Positions 1 to 11,425 of a stretch of 64,000 bases of DNA are shown here, piece after piece. Made by a program: the position numbers and the translations under genes. The DNA lies in the NCBI RefSeq assembly GCF_056712565.1, contig NZ_CM160072.1; one strand, 5' to 3'. Below the pieces are notes generated by a model that saw nothing but the letters and a program-made list of their open reading frames with translations, was not told the DNA's origin and did not search any database. The first letter of the stretch is position 1; each line of letters begins with the position of its first letter.

Positions 1-1022
1 GCTTCTGCAGTAATCACCGCGTTGCCGCCTACCGCCAGAATATTGGTCAGTTTCGACGGCAATACGGCATCCGCCGCGCCGCGTTTTTGCACCACCAGAT
101 GGCAATCGCCCATCTTCAGCAGTGCGGGTAAAGCGTCATACGATTGCAGCGGGAAGAATTGCATGTTGCGCAGTCCACGCTGTTGCGCCATTTTTTCCAG
201 TCGCGCTTTGCCGCCGCCCTGCCCGACAATGGCAAAAATCAGCGGTTCATCACGCAGGCGTTCGGCAGCTTCAATAACGTTTTCCAGCCCCTGCTTTTCA
301 CCAATATTGCCGGAGTAAAGAATGATTTTTTTGTTATCCGGCAGGCCAAGCTGGTTACGAAGGGCATCAACATCGACATCTGCGACATGCTGAAAACGGG
401 CAATTTCTGACCAGTTGGGGAAGAAGATGACGTTTTCTGCCGCCACGCCTTTTTCGATGGCTTTATTCATCATCGAACGCGAAATCGTGGAGACGTTATC
501 GACGTTATGCAGTCCGCTACGTTCGAACGCCGTTGCCAGCTGTGCCACTTTGCCGCCTTTGCCTTTTCCGGCAAGGCCCAGCCCCAGCATGGCGTCCACT
601 TCGTAATCCTGAATATGCAGCACGGTACGCGCGCCAGAGAGTTTCGCCAGCAGGCGCATTCCCGGCGTGCAAAACAGCGTTGGCACTACGCCGATAATGC
701 GATCCGGCTTCCAGCGACGTTGCGCCATCAACGGGAAAAAACTGCTGGCGGCAAAACTGCCGAGATGCAACAGGCGTTTCAGGGTGCTCGGCTGTTTTGG
801 CACGTACAGCGGGCAGCGCCACACCGTGGCGGCCCCCTCTTCTCGTTTGTACCGCCAGGCGGAATAGTTCTCGCCCACCTGCCATTGCGGGTAGTAAGGC
901 GGTGCGGTAATAACCCGCACCTCATGACCTTGTGCCGCCAGCCATTCCACCATCTCTCCGGTGTATTTGCCGATACCGGTTAACTCCGGCGAGTAGTTAA
1001 TGCCGTAGACCAGTATTTTCAT
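1..1022 (-). CDS. wcaI: Colanic acid biosynthesis glycosyltransferase WcaI, partial (N-terminal ~340 aa; 3' end lies beyond window start)
   Basis: Minus-strand frame open from ATG at 1022..1020 to window edge; hand translation begins [35 protein letters not shown]; start overlaps gmm stop (ATGA); not in ORF track because no in-window stop. Confidence 0.85.
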   Translation of the reverse strand, partial: MKILVYGINYSPELTGIGKYTGEMVEWLAAQGHEVRVITAPPYYPQWQVGENYSAWRYKREEGAATVWRCPLYVPKQPSTLKRLLHLGSFAASSFFPLMAQRRWKPDRIIGVVPTLFCTPGMRLLAKLSGARTVLHIQDYEVDAMLGLGLAGKGKGGKVAQLATAFERSGLHNVDNVSTISRSMMNKAIEKGVAAENVIFFPNWSEIARFQHVADVDVDALRNQLGLPDNKKIILYSGNIGEKQGLENVIEAAERLRDEPLIFAIVGQGGGKARLEKMAQQRGLRNMQFFPLQSYDALPALLKMGDCHLVVQKRGAADAVLPSKLTNILAVGGNAVITAE

Positions 1023-1501
1023 AATCCGGGTACTCCGGCACGCTTCTCAGCGAGAAAATAGGCGCGGCTGTTAGCGTGAACATTGTCACTGGCGAGCAGT
1101 GCGTCCGGGGTCAGCCAGCGGTAATCGTCATGCTGCTCATCCGGCAGTAACAGATCTTCTTCAGCGACTCTGAAGCGAAAACCGAGCACCACATAGTGAG
1201 TGGTGAAATCCGTGCCGGAGAAGTTATCGTCATAAAAGTGCTGCCAGACACCGTAAAACTGGCCTACTGTTATCGGTAGACGCAGCCCCAGTTCCGCCAT
1301 CGTCAGCCGCTCAAATGCGGCTTCCAGCATTTCGTCTTTCTGCACGCGCCCTCCCGGCACAAACCAGTAACCCTGTGCCGGGCGGTTGGTTCTTTTGCCA
1401 AGCAGAAACTCGCCGCGACTGTTCTCGACAATAAAGTCGAGAGAGACAAGCGGTGTGGAGCGCACTACCGTGGCAAAGTCTTCCTGACGTAAAAACATCA
1501 T
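1019..1501 (-). CDS. gmm: GDP-mannose mannosyl hydrolase (Nudix), WcaH; true start may be the second Met (1498)
   Basis: 160-aa [35 protein letters not shown], Nudix-like; position between fcl and wcaI. Confidence 0.9.
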   Translation of the reverse strand: MMFLRQEDFATVVRSTPLVSLDFIVENSRGEFLLGKRTNRPAQGYWFVPGGRVQKDEMLEAAFERLTMAELGLRLPITVGQFYGVWQHFYDDNFSGTDFTTHYVVLGFRFRVAEEDLLLPDEQHDDYRWLTPDALLASDNVHANSRAYFLAEKRAGVPGL

Positions 1502-2466
1502 TACCCCCGAAAGCGGTCTTGATTCTCAAGGAACCACTGGTAAGTGCTGGCAAGCCCCGCTTCCAGTGAGATTTCGTGATACCAGCCAAGCTGATGCAGG
1601 CGCGTCACATCCAGCAGTTTGCGCGGCGTACCATCCGGTTTACTGGCATCAAAAACCACCCGACCTTTGTAACCCACCACTTTGGCGATGGTTTGCGCCA
1701 GCTCGCGGATAGTGCAGTCAACGCCCGTGCCGACGTTAATGTGCGACAGCATCGGCTGGGTGTTCTCCAGCCAGACTTCGTGCGCCAGCTCCATCACATG
1801 AATGCTTGCCGCCGCCATATCATCGACATGCAGAAATTCACGCATCGGTGTACCGCTCCCCCACACCACCACGTCAGGCGCATTCTGTGCCGTCGCCTCG
1901 TGGAAGCGACGCAGCAATGCTGGGATCACATGCGAGTTACTCGGATGGAAGTTGTCGTGCGGCCCGTACAGGTTGGTCGGCATGACCGAGCGGTAATCGC
2001 GTCCGTACTGGCGGTTGTAAGATTCGCACAGTTTGATCCCGGCGATTTTGGCAATGGCATAAGGTTCGTTGGTCGGCTCCAGCGTGCCCTGCAACAACTC
2101 GCTTTCTGCCATCGGCTGTTTTGCCAGTTTCGGGTAGATGCAGGACGATCCGAGAAACAGCAGTTTGTTCACGTCGTTCTGATGCGCAGCGTGAATGATA
2201 TTGCTCTCAATCATCATGTTCTGGTAGATGAAATCCGCCGGATAGGTGTTGTTGGCAACAATGCCGCCCACTTTCGCCGCCGCCAGATAGACCTGGTCAA
2301 TACGTTCGCTGGCAAAGAAATCATGCACGGCGCGGCTGTCCAGCAGGTTCAGCTCGTCGCGGGTGCGTAATACCAGTTCCACATCACCGCGCTGTTCGAG
2401 CTGACGCCTGATGGCGGAACCAACCATCCCACGATGGCCAGCGATAAAGATTCGTTGTTTACGCAT
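1501..2466 (-). CDS. fcl: GDP-L-fucose synthase (WcaG)
   Basis: 321-aa [27 protein letters not shown]-type N-terminus; follows gmd. Confidence 0.92.
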   Translation of the reverse strand: MRKQRIFIAGHRGMVGSAIRRQLEQRGDVELVLRTRDELNLLDSRAVHDFFASERIDQVYLAAAKVGGIVANNTYPADFIYQNMMIESNIIHAAHQNDVNKLLFLGSSCIYPKLAKQPMAESELLQGTLEPTNEPYAIAKIAGIKLCESYNRQYGRDYRSVMPTNLYGPHDNFHPSNSHVIPALLRRFHEATAQNAPDVVVWGSGTPMREFLHVDDMAAASIHVMELAHEVWLENTQPMLSHINVGTGVDCTIRELAQTIAKVVGYKGRVVFDASKPDGTPRKLLDVTRLHQLGWYHEISLEAGLASTYQWFLENQDRFRG

Positions 2467-2468
2467 GT

Positions 2469-3590
2469 TTATGACTCCAGCGCGATCGCCACGTCGTAGC
2501 CGTGAGATTTCAGCAGAGAGTGTTTTTTCGCCGCTTCGAGGTCATTAGCCACCATTTCAGACACCATCTCTCTGAGGGTGATTTCCGGTTTCCAGCCCAG
2601 TTTTTCGTGCGCTTTGGTCGGGTCGCCGAGCAGCGTTTCAACTTCTGCCGGGCGGAAGTAACGCGGGTCAACGGCGATAATCACATCGCCCGGTTTAACG
2701 CCCGGCGCATCATGCCCGGTGACGGAAACCACAATGCCCTTCTCTTCAACGCCCGTGCCTTCAAAGCGCAGTTTGATACCCAACTGTGCCGCCGCCATTT
2801 CTACGAACTGACGCACGGAGTACTGAACGCCGGTAGCAATTACGAAATCTTCCGGCTGTTCCTGTTGCAGCATCATCCACTGCATTTTTACGTAGTCTTT
2901 GGCATGGCCCCAGTCACGCAGGGAATCCATATTGCCGAGGTACAGGCACGACTCCAGCCCCTGGGCGATGTTGGCGATTGCGCGGGTGATTTTGCGGGTA
3001 ACGAAGGTTTCGCCGCGGCGCGGGGATTCATGGTTGAAGAGAATACCGTTACAGGCGTACATGCCGTAGGATTCGCGGTAGTTAACGGTGATCCAGTAGG
3101 CGTACAGTTTGGCGACCGCATACGGAGATCGCGGGTAGAACGGCGTGGTCTCTTTCTGCGGAATTTCCTGCACCAGACCGTACAGTTCAGAGGTGGAAGC
3201 CTGATAGAAACGGGTTTTCTTTTCCAGACCGAGGAAGCGGATCGCCTCCAGCAGGCGTAGCGTACCCATCGCATCGACGTCTGCGGTATATTCCGGTGAC
3301 TCAAAAGAAACCGCAACGTGGCTCATTGCGCCCAGGTTGTACACTTCATCCGGCTGCACTTCACGCAAAATACGCGTCAGGTTGGAGGTATCACTCAGGT
3401 CGCCATAATGCAGATGGAATTTCGGGTTGCAGGTGTGCGGATCCTGATAAATGTGATCCACGCGCTCGGTGTTGAATGACGATGCACGACGCTTAATACC
3501 ATGCACCTCGTAACCTTTTTCCAGCAGAAACTCTGCCAGGTAAGAACCGTCTTGTCCGGTTACACCGGTGATGAGAGCAACTTTTGACAT
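2469..3590 (-). CDS. gmd: GDP-mannose 4,6-dehydratase
   Basis: 373-aa [34 protein letters not shown], classic Gmd N-terminus. Confidence 0.95.
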
Positions 3591-3616
3591 GTCTTATTCC
3601 TCTGTATTTTTTGAAT

Positions 3617-4165
3617 TTATTCAGTTTCAACGCGTTCGCGTATCACCACTGCGGGATTCCCCCGGCAAACCACATTTGCCGGAAGCGATTTAAAAACACT
3701 GCTTCGCGCACCCACGACGGTGCCGTCGCCGATCGTGACGCCAGGGGCAACAAAAACATCTGTCGCCAGCCAGCATTTCTCGCCAATCACAATAGGCGTG
3801 GCGTTAATGGTGAAATGTTGACTTGCATGGTCGTGGCTCCCGGTGCATAAATAACTTTTTTGCGATATCACCGAATGTGCGCCAATGGTTATTTCACCGA
3901 GGGTATATAAATTGACGTCATCGCCGACCCACGCGTAATCACCTAAGGTTAATTTCCACGGATAGGTAATTTTTACTGACGGACGAATAACTACGTTTTT
4001 TCCTATTTTTGCGCCGAATAAACGTAATAAAAATGCCCGCCAGCGATACAATACTTGTGGCGACCAGGCAAATATTGTTGCCTGTACTGCCCACCACAAT
4101 TGCACTTTAATAGCGTTGCCACCCCGGAACCCTTTCGGCACCGAGAATCCACTTAAATCCTGCAT
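3617..4165 (-). CDS. wcaF: Colanic acid acetyltransferase WcaF (hexapeptide-repeat)
   Basis: 182-aa ORF; cluster position. Confidence 0.85.
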   Translation of the reverse strand: MQDLSGFSVPKGFRGGNAIKVQLWWAVQATIFAWSPQVLYRWRAFLLRLFGAKIGKNVVIRPSVKITYPWKLTLGDYAWVGDDVNLYTLGEITIGAHSVISQKSYLCTGSHDHASQHFTINATPIVIGEKCWLATDVFVAPGVTIGDGTVVGARSSVFKSLPANVVCRGNPAVVIRERVETE

Positions 4166-4180
4166 CGTTTTCCCTTATAT

Positions 4181-4936
4181 TCAGCTTTTGTTATATAAGG
4201 CTTTCGTCTTTGAGGTAGTACGTTGGCGTAAATGCCAGGATAATTCAGCCCAAAAGCCAGGCACGTGCAATATCTGCCGTTGGACTTTTTTGGCGTCAGC
4301 ACACAATTCCATATTATTGGTGGTAGATACCCCACCCATGGAAAATTCAGACACCAGACCATTGAGTTTTTTAAATGCATAACCGGCTTTATACATTTTG
4401 GCCGCCAGCGCGTAGTCGGACGAAACTTTATATTCCAGGTCATAACGCCATTTTTTCAAGCCGGATACCGGGAAAAATATCGCCTGATGACTGGCGGGCA
4501 GGCTGTGATAAATATACCAGCCCGGTTTGGCGCTACGTTTAATTTTATGCCCGTCGCCAAAATCCAGCAGCGCATCGCCAGTGATCATCACGTTATCTTT
4601 TTGTACTTTTAACTTACGGACAAAATTTGCGGCATCCTGATGAAAAATATCACCTGAGTTGAGAAACAACGCGAACTTGCCTTGTGCCATCGCAATGCCT
4701 TTGTTCATGGCGTCGTAGATACCGTTATCTGGCTCGCTGACAAAGCGTAGGTTATAGATACCCTTGAGATTTTCCAGGTACTCACAGGTGCCGTCATTGG
4801 AACCGCCATCGACAACAATCCATTCGAAGCTGATATCGTCCGCCTGCGCCAGATGCGCCAGATGCGCCAGCGAGGCGTGTGTTTTGACTATCCCTGCGAG
4901 GTTACGAAACGCGACAGTGATTATGCTAAGCAACAT
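4181..4936 (-). CDS. wcaE: Colanic acid glycosyltransferase WcaE (GT2)
   Basis: 251-aa [15 protein letters not shown]...DGGSNDGT; cluster position. Confidence 0.85.
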   Translation of the reverse strand: MLLSIITVAFRNLAGIVKTHASLAHLAHLAQADDISFEWIVVDGGSNDGTCEYLENLKGIYNLRFVSEPDNGIYDAMNKGIAMAQGKFALFLNSGDIFHQDAANFVRKLKVQKDNVMITGDALLDFGDGHKIKRSAKPGWYIYHSLPASHQAIFFPVSGLKKWRYDLEYKVSSDYALAAKMYKAGYAFKKLNGLVSEFSMGGVSTTNNMELCADAKKVQRQILHVPGFWAELSWHLRQRTTSKTKALYNKS

Positions 4937-4946
4937 GTTCTTATTC

Positions 4947-6164
4947 TTACCTCGTAATATTTAACGCTTTTCGCAAAATAAACGGACAGACGATTAAAAA
5001 TGCATATTCCGGGCTAAATATCGAACCGGTAAAAAACAGCGATACCGGAGTAAAAAGATATAATTGCACGCGAAAATTGCGGTTATCACCAAAAGCGTTG
5101 ATCATCATTTTTATCACTTTCCCCATGTACCACAGCGATAAAAACACTGCGAACCAGGAAAAATAAATAATCAGCAGATACAAACCATTGTCTATGGTTT
5201 TTCCGACATCCGCACCGTTAAATATTCCGAATGATGCGACATATTCATAAAGTGAGCCAAATCTGACTACACCGTCAATATGGGTCAAAGAATAACCGAC
5301 CATCACCAGCGGACCGACAATACGATAATACGATGACGATCCTTCCGTGCCTAAATCACCCAGACGGGTGGAAATATAAGGAAATGCAATTACCACACCA
5401 ACCAGGAATACAGCCAGAGAAATCAATGCTAACGGTAACTTTTTCTTAATCGCCTCTTTATTCAGATATTGAAATGCCCACTCCAGCAAATAAAACAGGA
5501 TAAAGGTCATAACCCCTGAAAACGATCCGGATAATATTATCCCTGCGAGAATCATAGCATCGGTTTTAGGCGTTTTGATACCAAACTGTTTGATGCTGAG
5601 CCAAATTGAGATTAATGCCAGAGCGAAAAATGCCGGTTCGAAATAAAGTGCTGTCGTGCGCTTGCCGCCGAATTTGATGAAATTCAGCACATAGCTGTTG
5701 CTGTAAATCAGATATTTCGAAATCGATTCCATAATACTGCTGCCGCCGGTGAGGATAATTTGCGCCATCTCCACCGCCGCCAGCGCCACCACCAACCCGA
5801 CCACCAGATAAAAAAAGCGTAATATCTTGCGGTGGTTGTGGGGCGAAATCGTTTTAAAGCGAATACTCCACACCATGCCAATAATGATCACAATATAGAC
5901 AAACAGCATGGTTGAAGTGACGTATTTACTGGCATCCAACGACTGACCAAACAGGTAGTTAAACGCCGTGAGTCCCGCGCCAATCCCCAGGGCAATCATT
6001 AATTTTTTAACGCTGATGCGCTCTAAAAACAGCAGTAACAAGACAGGTAAAAAAGTGACGATGGTGATGGGGAAACTTTCACCAAGCTGGGCGATTTTGA
6101 CGTTAACCAGCAGGTAGATCAGCGGCAGCAGCAGGTAGCTACAGATTCTGATAGAAGTTGACAT
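4947..6164 (-). CDS. wcaD: Colanic acid polymerase WcaD (multi-pass membrane protein)
   Basis: ORF 4947..6236; start trimmed to internal Met ([15 protein letters not shown]) to give ~405 aa and relieve overlap with wcaC; many TM segments. Confidence 0.8.
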   Translation of the reverse strand: MSTSIRICSYLLLPLIYLLVNVKIAQLGESFPITIVTFLPVLLLLFLERISVKKLMIALGIGAGLTAFNYLFGQSLDASKYVTSTMLFVYIVIIIGMVWSIRFKTISPHNHRKILRFFYLVVGLVVALAAVEMAQIILTGGSSIMESISKYLIYSNSYVLNFIKFGGKRTTALYFEPAFFALALISIWLSIKQFGIKTPKTDAMILAGIILSGSFSGVMTFILFYLLEWAFQYLNKEAIKKKLPLALISLAVFLVGVVIAFPYISTRLGDLGTEGSSSYYRIVGPLVMVGYSLTHIDGVVRFGSLYEYVASFGIFNGADVGKTIDNGLYLLIIYFSWFAVFLSLWYMGKVIKMMINAFGDNRNFRVQLYLFTPVSLFFTGSIFSPEYAFLIVCPFILRKALNITR

Positions 6165-7356
6165 ACTCCTCCAGCATCTGTTGTCCACTGTAGGCGGCAC
6201 GGCTGCGCTGGCTGAACTCAGCCAGCGTGGTACCAAATACCGCCTGCGCGATTTCCGGTTTGCTTAACTGGACCAGTTGCAGCACGTCTTCTTCACTGAC
6301 GGTTTTACCGCCGGATTTTTGCAGCACTTCCCGCGCCGCGTCGCTATGGGTGGCAATCACCGGCACGCCAATCGATAGCGCCTCACACAAAATTAGCGGG
6401 TAGTTATCGACGCGAGAACTGAATACCAGCGCATCCATCTGATTGAGCGCGCTCATCAACTTGCGCTTGTCAGTTTCAAAGCCGTGATTAACCACGTTGC
6501 CAGCGGTGAACGGCGAGAACTTACCAAAGGTATGCAGTTCGATTTTGTCGCCCAGCGCCATCATCTCGCGTACCAGTTGCTGGTTAGTTTTGCCGTCGTA
6601 ACGCAGGTCATGCGCTACCACCGCGATTTTCGGCTTGCCCTGAGTTTCGCGCACCGGAGGCAAGTCCGCCAGAATCGCTTCGGTTGCCATATCAATGCCA
6701 TTATTGATAATCCGGCAACGCCCTGGACCGTACAGACTATTGAAAGCATCAGCCACATGCTGGCTGGGGGAAATAAACTGACAGCCCAGCGCCAGCATCT
6801 CACGGAATAACTGGCGTTTGCCCGCCACCAGCTGGTGTGCGCGATCAATCTTCACCGGCGGATAATTATTTAAGGTCGGGCATTTCTGGCAGCCCGTTTT
6901 CCAGCCTTCGCAACCGTCGGTAAAGGCGCAGCGTCCGGTAACGCTCCAGTGATCGTGCAGCGTCCAGACCAGAGTGACATCCGGTTTGTGGTTTTTCACC
7001 TTTTCGCAAAAGCGCACCACGCTCTTAAGATTTAGCCAGTAGCTGTGCAGCACATGAAAATGCAGAACCACCGGGCCCGGTGTGCGAGTAATGGTGCGAT
7101 ATAACTCATTGAAATTGCCAAACAGATCGCGATTAAACAGACGAAACAGGGCAATGTTCGCCATCGCGGTCATCTGCGGCGTATGTTTGATGACCTGCGG
7201 ATAGTTTTGATTGCTGACGCTCTCTTTGCCGCCTTTGCCGTAGCCGTAGACAAAATGTGACGCCAGCCCCTGTTGCAGCGCACGCTGGTGGAGATCTAAC
7301 GCCACACCTGCCGCCCCGCCTTCCGCCAGTCGCACATTAAATTGCAAAATATTCAT
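6139..7356 (-). CDS. wcaC: Colanic acid glycosyltransferase WcaC (GT1/GT4-like)
   Basis: 405-aa ORF MNILQFNVRLAEGGAAGVALDLH; cluster position. Confidence 0.85.
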   Translation of the reverse strand: MNILQFNVRLAEGGAAGVALDLHQRALQQGLASHFVYGYGKGGKESVSNQNYPQVIKHTPQMTAMANIALFRLFNRDLFGNFNELYRTITRTPGPVVLHFHVLHSYWLNLKSVVRFCEKVKNHKPDVTLVWTLHDHWSVTGRCAFTDGCEGWKTGCQKCPTLNNYPPVKIDRAHQLVAGKRQLFREMLALGCQFISPSQHVADAFNSLYGPGRCRIINNGIDMATEAILADLPPVRETQGKPKIAVVAHDLRYDGKTNQQLVREMMALGDKIELHTFGKFSPFTAGNVVNHGFETDKRKLMSALNQMDALVFSSRVDNYPLILCEALSIGVPVIATHSDAAREVLQKSGGKTVSEEDVLQLVQLSKPEIAQAVFGTTLAEFSQRSRAAYSGQQMLEEYVNFYQNL

Positions 7357-7841
7357 TTAATTACCTTCACTCGCGCTTTTTCTCCCACCACCAGCGCGTT
7401 GTCCGGGACAGAGTCGAGCACCACGCTGCCCGCGCCCACGGTGACGTTGTTACCAATCGTGATATCACCAAGAATAATGACGTTGGCACCGAGTTCGACA
7501 CCGTTACCAATGTGTGGACATGCCATGTTATCGGCCCCCCGATTGCCGATAGTGACGCCGTGGCGAATGGTGAAATCATCCCCCGCTACCACGTTTTTAT
7601 TGATCACTACGGCGTAACCGTGATGGATAGTGAAACGGCGGCCAATGGTCGCAGCGGCCTGGATTTCATAACCGAAAAAGCCTTCGGTGATAATGCGATA
7701 CAGCACCAGCAGCGGAGCCGCCCACAGATTGTTGAGAACGTTCTTTTTGCGCCACACTGAACAAAAATGGGCGACGCGATAGGCAAGCACCATGCAGCAC
7801 GGGCGTAAACTCCAGCTGTTGGCGCGCAGATCTTCCAGCAT
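7353..7841 (-). CDS. wcaB: Colanic acid acetyltransferase WcaB (serine acetyltransferase-like)
   Basis: 162-aa ORF with hexapeptide repeats; 4-nt overlap with wcaC. Confidence 0.85.
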   Translation of the reverse strand: MLEDLRANSWSLRPCCMVLAYRVAHFCSVWRKKNVLNNLWAAPLLVLYRIITEGFFGYEIQAAATIGRRFTIHHGYAVVINKNVVAGDDFTIRHGVTIGNRGADNMACPHIGNGVELGANVIILGDITIGNNVTVGAGSVVLDSVPDNALVVGEKARVKVIK

Positions 7842-7843
7842 CC

Positions 7844-8683
7844 TTAACGCCCCCGTATTCCTTCAGCCAGACGTTTGCCGTTACGCACCGATAGCAGCGT
7901 CAACAACGTCCGCCAGGTCATGCGTTTATTGCGGATCTGGTAGAGGGTAAACAGCTGATATTTTTTGCTGGCACGGTCGAATTTGTCTTTGTGCTTGCGG
8001 TAAAAGTGGAAGTATCCGGAGAATTTTTTCGGTGACGAGGTGATCTGCATTTCACCGTGATTGATATGCAGGATCTGCGTCGCCTCTTCCACTTTCCACG
8101 GTTCGCCGTACTCCACCACCATCCGCAGGAAAATGTCGTAATCCTGTGCCGCTTTCAGTTCGGTATCGAACAAACACTCTTTGAAACGCCACGCCCAGGT
8201 AAAGACCTGATTGCCAATGATATTGCGTTTGTAGAACAGGCGGCGTGAATACGGCGATTTGGGATACAGCGGCAAACTTGCCGGTTGGGAATAGACTTCG
8301 CCCTGGCAAACGTAGTCGTTAGCGTACAAAAAGGCGTGTGTGACCAGTTGCTGTTTATGGGCGAGGAAGACGCTCAGGCGGTTGGGTGTCCATTCATCAT
8401 CATCATCGATCCCGGTGATGTATTCCCCTTGCGCCAGCATAATCGCCTGGTTACGTACCGCGCACGCCCCGCTGTTAATGTCGTTGTGAATGTAGGTAAT
8501 ACGCGGGTCGTTGAGGGCTGTAACGTACTGTTGCAGCTGTTCCCAGGAGGTGGAGCAATCATCCACGATGATCATCTCCCAGTTACTGTAGTCCTGGCGC
8601 AGGACCGATTTTATCGCCCGAATCGCCAGTTGTTGGCGGTTCCAGGTCGGCATATAGATTGAGATCAGCGGATTGTCTTTCAT
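7844..8683 (-). CDS. wcaA: Colanic acid glycosyltransferase WcaA (GT2)
   Basis: 279-aa ORF MKDNPLISIYMPTWNRQQLAIRAIKSVLRQDY. Confidence 0.85.
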   Translation of the reverse strand: MKDNPLISIYMPTWNRQQLAIRAIKSVLRQDYSNWEMIIVDDCSTSWEQLQQYVTALNDPRITYIHNDINSGACAVRNQAIMLAQGEYITGIDDDDEWTPNRLSVFLAHKQQLVTHAFLYANDYVCQGEVYSQPASLPLYPKSPYSRRLFYKRNIIGNQVFTWAWRFKECLFDTELKAAQDYDIFLRMVVEYGEPWKVEEATQILHINHGEMQITSSPKKFSGYFHFYRKHKDKFDRASKKYQLFTLYQIRNKRMTWRTLLTLLSVRNGKRLAEGIRGR

Positions 8684-8811
8684 AGGTTGTTCTCCCGGAG
8701 TGTCGAGATGTTCTGCCGGTTTATAAGCTTGTTTACGGCTTCTGTTGCCGGATGCGGCGCGAACGGAGGTCGGATAAGATGCGTCAGCATCGCATCCGAC
8801 AGCGGATCTCG

Positions 8812-10974
8812 TTATTTCGCGTCCGACTTATATTCGTATTCGTAATAGCCATAATCCTGATACGCGCTGGCGCGGCGGAAGATGGAGTTCAGAATCACCC
8901 CTTTCACCGGAATACCGTTTTGCTCAAAGCGGCTCAGACTGGTTTCCACTTCTTTCAATGTGTTGACCGCATAACGCGCCACCATTAACGTGGTTCCGAC
9001 ATGACGACCAACAATTGCGGCATCGGTCACTGCCAGAATCGGCGGCGTATCAATCAACACCAGGTCGTAGTTTTTACTCGCCCAGTTCACCAGTTCGGCA
9101 AAGCGTTCGCTCATCAACAGTTCAGAAGGATTTGGCGGTACCTGACCGCGCGGGATCAGGTCAAATTTGGCAATAGAGGTCGGTTTAGCCGCGGTAGTAA
9201 TATCGCCCTGACCAATCAGAATTTCCGACAGGCCATTAACGTTATTGGTGCCCAACAGCTCGTGGGTATAACCTTTGCGCATATCGCAGTCGATCAACAA
9301 CACCCGTTTATTGGTCTGACTGATCACCGCCGCCAGGTTGGCGCAGACAAAGGTTTTACCGATTGACGGGCTAACCCCGGTCATCATCAACACATTGTTC
9401 TGCGCCTGCATCATCGCGAAGTGCAGACTGGTACGCAGACTGCGGATGGCTTCAATCGCCAGATCGGTTGGATTCCCCACCGCCAGTAGCTGGCTCTGTT
9501 TATAGCGTTTAATCCCTTTGATGGTTTTGACGCTATCGCGCGCTTTCTGCCATTCCGACAACGGGATGCTGGCATAGACGCTGATACCGTGTTCTTCCAG
9601 CACCTGCGGGCTTTCGATGCCACGATTAAACAACGAGCGCAGCAGTACACCCACGATAGAGAGCATCAGGCCAAGGATAATCGCGCCGAGGATAATCAGC
9701 CCTTTCTTCGGTTTCAGTACACCTGGCTGGGTGATTGCCGGGTCAACAATGCGCACATCGCCGACGGTGCTGGCTTCGGTGATTTTCAGCTCCTGCTCTT
9801 TATTCAGCAGCTGCATATAGACCTGCTGACCAGACTCGACATCGCGGGTCAGACGGACAATCTCCTGCTGGGTTTTCGGCATCGCCGTTACGCGACCATT
9901 AAGTTTGGCTTTTTCGTCTTCCAGCGCCTGCCGTTTCTCCAGCAGCGTGCGATACGCCGGGTGAACTTTGGTGTACAGCTTGGAGATTTCCGCTTCTTTA
10001 AAGGTCAGTTCGTTCAATTGTGCGTCGATGTTCACCATCGAATCGAGCACCGCTTTCGCTTCCAGCGGCAGATCAACAGAATCTTTATCCTGACGGAAGG
10101 CATTCAATTTATTTTCGGCAACATCAAGGCGGCTACGTACTTCCGGTAACTGTTGCGCGAGGAAGGCGAGGCTTTTCGACGCTTCCGCGGATTTGCGCTC
10201 AATATTTTGTTCCTGATAGTTACGGGCGATGCTGTTAAGAATGTCGCGGATCTGTTCGCGATCTTCACCGGTATAAGTCAGGCTCAGTACGCCTGCGTCT
10301 TTGCCGTTCTCCGTTACCGTCAGGCTGTTTTGCAGTTGATTGATCATCCCCAGCGTGGAGTATTTGGTGACGGTAAACTCACTGCCCGGGCGGGCGTGAA
10401 TGGCTTCAACCATCAGCGTGACGCCTTCTTTTTTCAGCATCTGGCCCGCTTGCCCACGGGCGCTAAAGCCGCCATCGCTGCTCAGAGTGTAGTTTTTATC
10501 GTCCAGCACATTAAGCGTAAACACCTGATCCGCCATCTCTTTCGGGCGGTTAAAGGTGGTCACTTTTACCGTCTCGTTCTGGCGTCCCATCAGGCGATCC
10601 CAGCCCGCACCGAAAATCGGGAACGTGTTTTTGCTCACTGCAATATCGAGGTCGAGATCGTCCACCGTTTTACCAAGCACCAGACGCGAACGAATCAACT
10701 GGATCTCGGCGTCCGATGCTGGCGGTTTGTTGGCTAATGCCGAACCAATGTCCTGCACTAACGAATTGCCGCTGTTTTGCTCGATTTGTACCAGTGCGTC
10801 GGCACTATAAATCGGCGTGGCGAAGAAGGTGTAAACCACGGCACAGAGGGCAAATACGGCGGTGATGCCAATTACCCACCAGCGCGCTTCAATGACGGTG
10901 CCGACCAGGCGACCAATATCGATTTCATCACTGCCCGTTACCGGAGCGGCATGTTGTTTTACTTTTTCTGTCAT
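8812..10974 (-). CDS. wzc: Tyrosine autokinase / polysaccharide co-polymerase Wzc
   Basis: ORF 8812..11010; start set at MTEKVKQHAAPVTGSDEIDIGRL (~720 aa); Walker A GVSPSIGKT; C-terminal Tyr-rich tail YQDYGYYEYEYKSDAK. Confidence 0.9.
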   Translation of the reverse strand: MTEKVKQHAAPVTGSDEIDIGRLVGTVIEARWWVIGITAVFALCAVVYTFFATPIYSADALVQIEQNSGNSLVQDIGSALANKPPASDAEIQLIRSRLVLGKTVDDLDLDIAVSKNTFPIFGAGWDRLMGRQNETVKVTTFNRPKEMADQVFTLNVLDDKNYTLSSDGGFSARGQAGQMLKKEGVTLMVEAIHARPGSEFTVTKYSTLGMINQLQNSLTVTENGKDAGVLSLTYTGEDREQIRDILNSIARNYQEQNIERKSAEASKSLAFLAQQLPEVRSRLDVAENKLNAFRQDKDSVDLPLEAKAVLDSMVNIDAQLNELTFKEAEISKLYTKVHPAYRTLLEKRQALEDEKAKLNGRVTAMPKTQQEIVRLTRDVESGQQVYMQLLNKEQELKITEASTVGDVRIVDPAITQPGVLKPKKGLIILGAIILGLMLSIVGVLLRSLFNRGIESPQVLEEHGISVYASIPLSEWQKARDSVKTIKGIKRYKQSQLLAVGNPTDLAIEAIRSLRTSLHFAMMQAQNNVLMMTGVSPSIGKTFVCANLAAVISQTNKRVLLIDCDMRKGYTHELLGTNNVNGLSEILIGQGDITTAAKPTSIAKFDLIPRGQVPPNPSELLMSERFAELVNWASKNYDLVLIDTPPILAVTDAAIVGRHVGTTLMVARYAVNTLKEVETSLSRFEQNGIPVKGVILNSIFRRASAYQDYGYYEYEYKSDAK

Positions 10975-10976
10975 TC

Positions 10977-11420
10977 TTATACCTGCTCTGCGTTCAATGC
11001 CTGCGCCCACTGGCGGGCAGACCGTTCAAGTAATGTGTACACCGCTGCAAACGTTTCCCGGCTTTTGCGATACGGATCGGGGATTTCACATTCGTTATCC
11101 CAGTGACCAAACAGCATCACTTTGCCGCGCATCTCGGGTGCCATCTCGCATAAGCGTTCGATATGGCGATTTTCCATGGTCAAAATCAGGTCGTAGTTGC
11201 GACACAGACGGCGGCTGATTTGCCGTGCACAGTGACCTTCCAGAGACAGTTGATGTTCTGCGGCGACGCTGATAGCAGTAGGGTCAGCGCCCTTACCGAC
11301 CAGCGCGCCGAGTCCAGCGGACTCCACTTTCAGCTCCGGGTGATAACGTTGCAGTAAGCGTTCCGCCGTCGGGGAGCGGCAAATATTGCCGACACAGACA
11401 ACTAAGATGTTGTTAAACAT
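10977..11420 (-). CDS. wzb: Low-molecular-weight protein-tyrosine phosphatase Wzb
   Basis: 147-aa ORF with CVGNICRSP P-loop motif. Confidence 0.92.
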   Translation of the reverse strand: MFNNILVVCVGNICRSPTAERLLQRYHPELKVESAGLGALVGKGADPTAISVAAEHQLSLEGHCARQISRRLCRNYDLILTMENRHIERLCEMAPEMRGKVMLFGHWDNECEIPDPYRKSRETFAAVYTLLERSARQWAQALNAEQV

Positions 11421-11425
11421 GACGA

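Noticed and set aside
22-983. Plus-strand ORFs (22..318, 144..410, 415..606, 507..983, 667..867) across the first kilobase
   Set aside because: They lie antisense to, or out of frame with, the wcaI reading frame, which is open on the minus strand from 1022 to the window edge and translates to a recognisable glycosyltransferase.
1576-3260. Long plus-strand ORFs 1576..2370 (264 aa) and 2502..3260 (252 aa)
   Set aside because: Antisense to fcl and gmd; low-complexity Arg/His/Phe-rich translations typical of shadow ORFs opposite highly expressed GC-rich genes.
9589-10737. Plus-strand ORFs inside wzc (9589..10149, 10153..10737)
   Set aside because: Antisense shadow ORFs within the wzc coding region.
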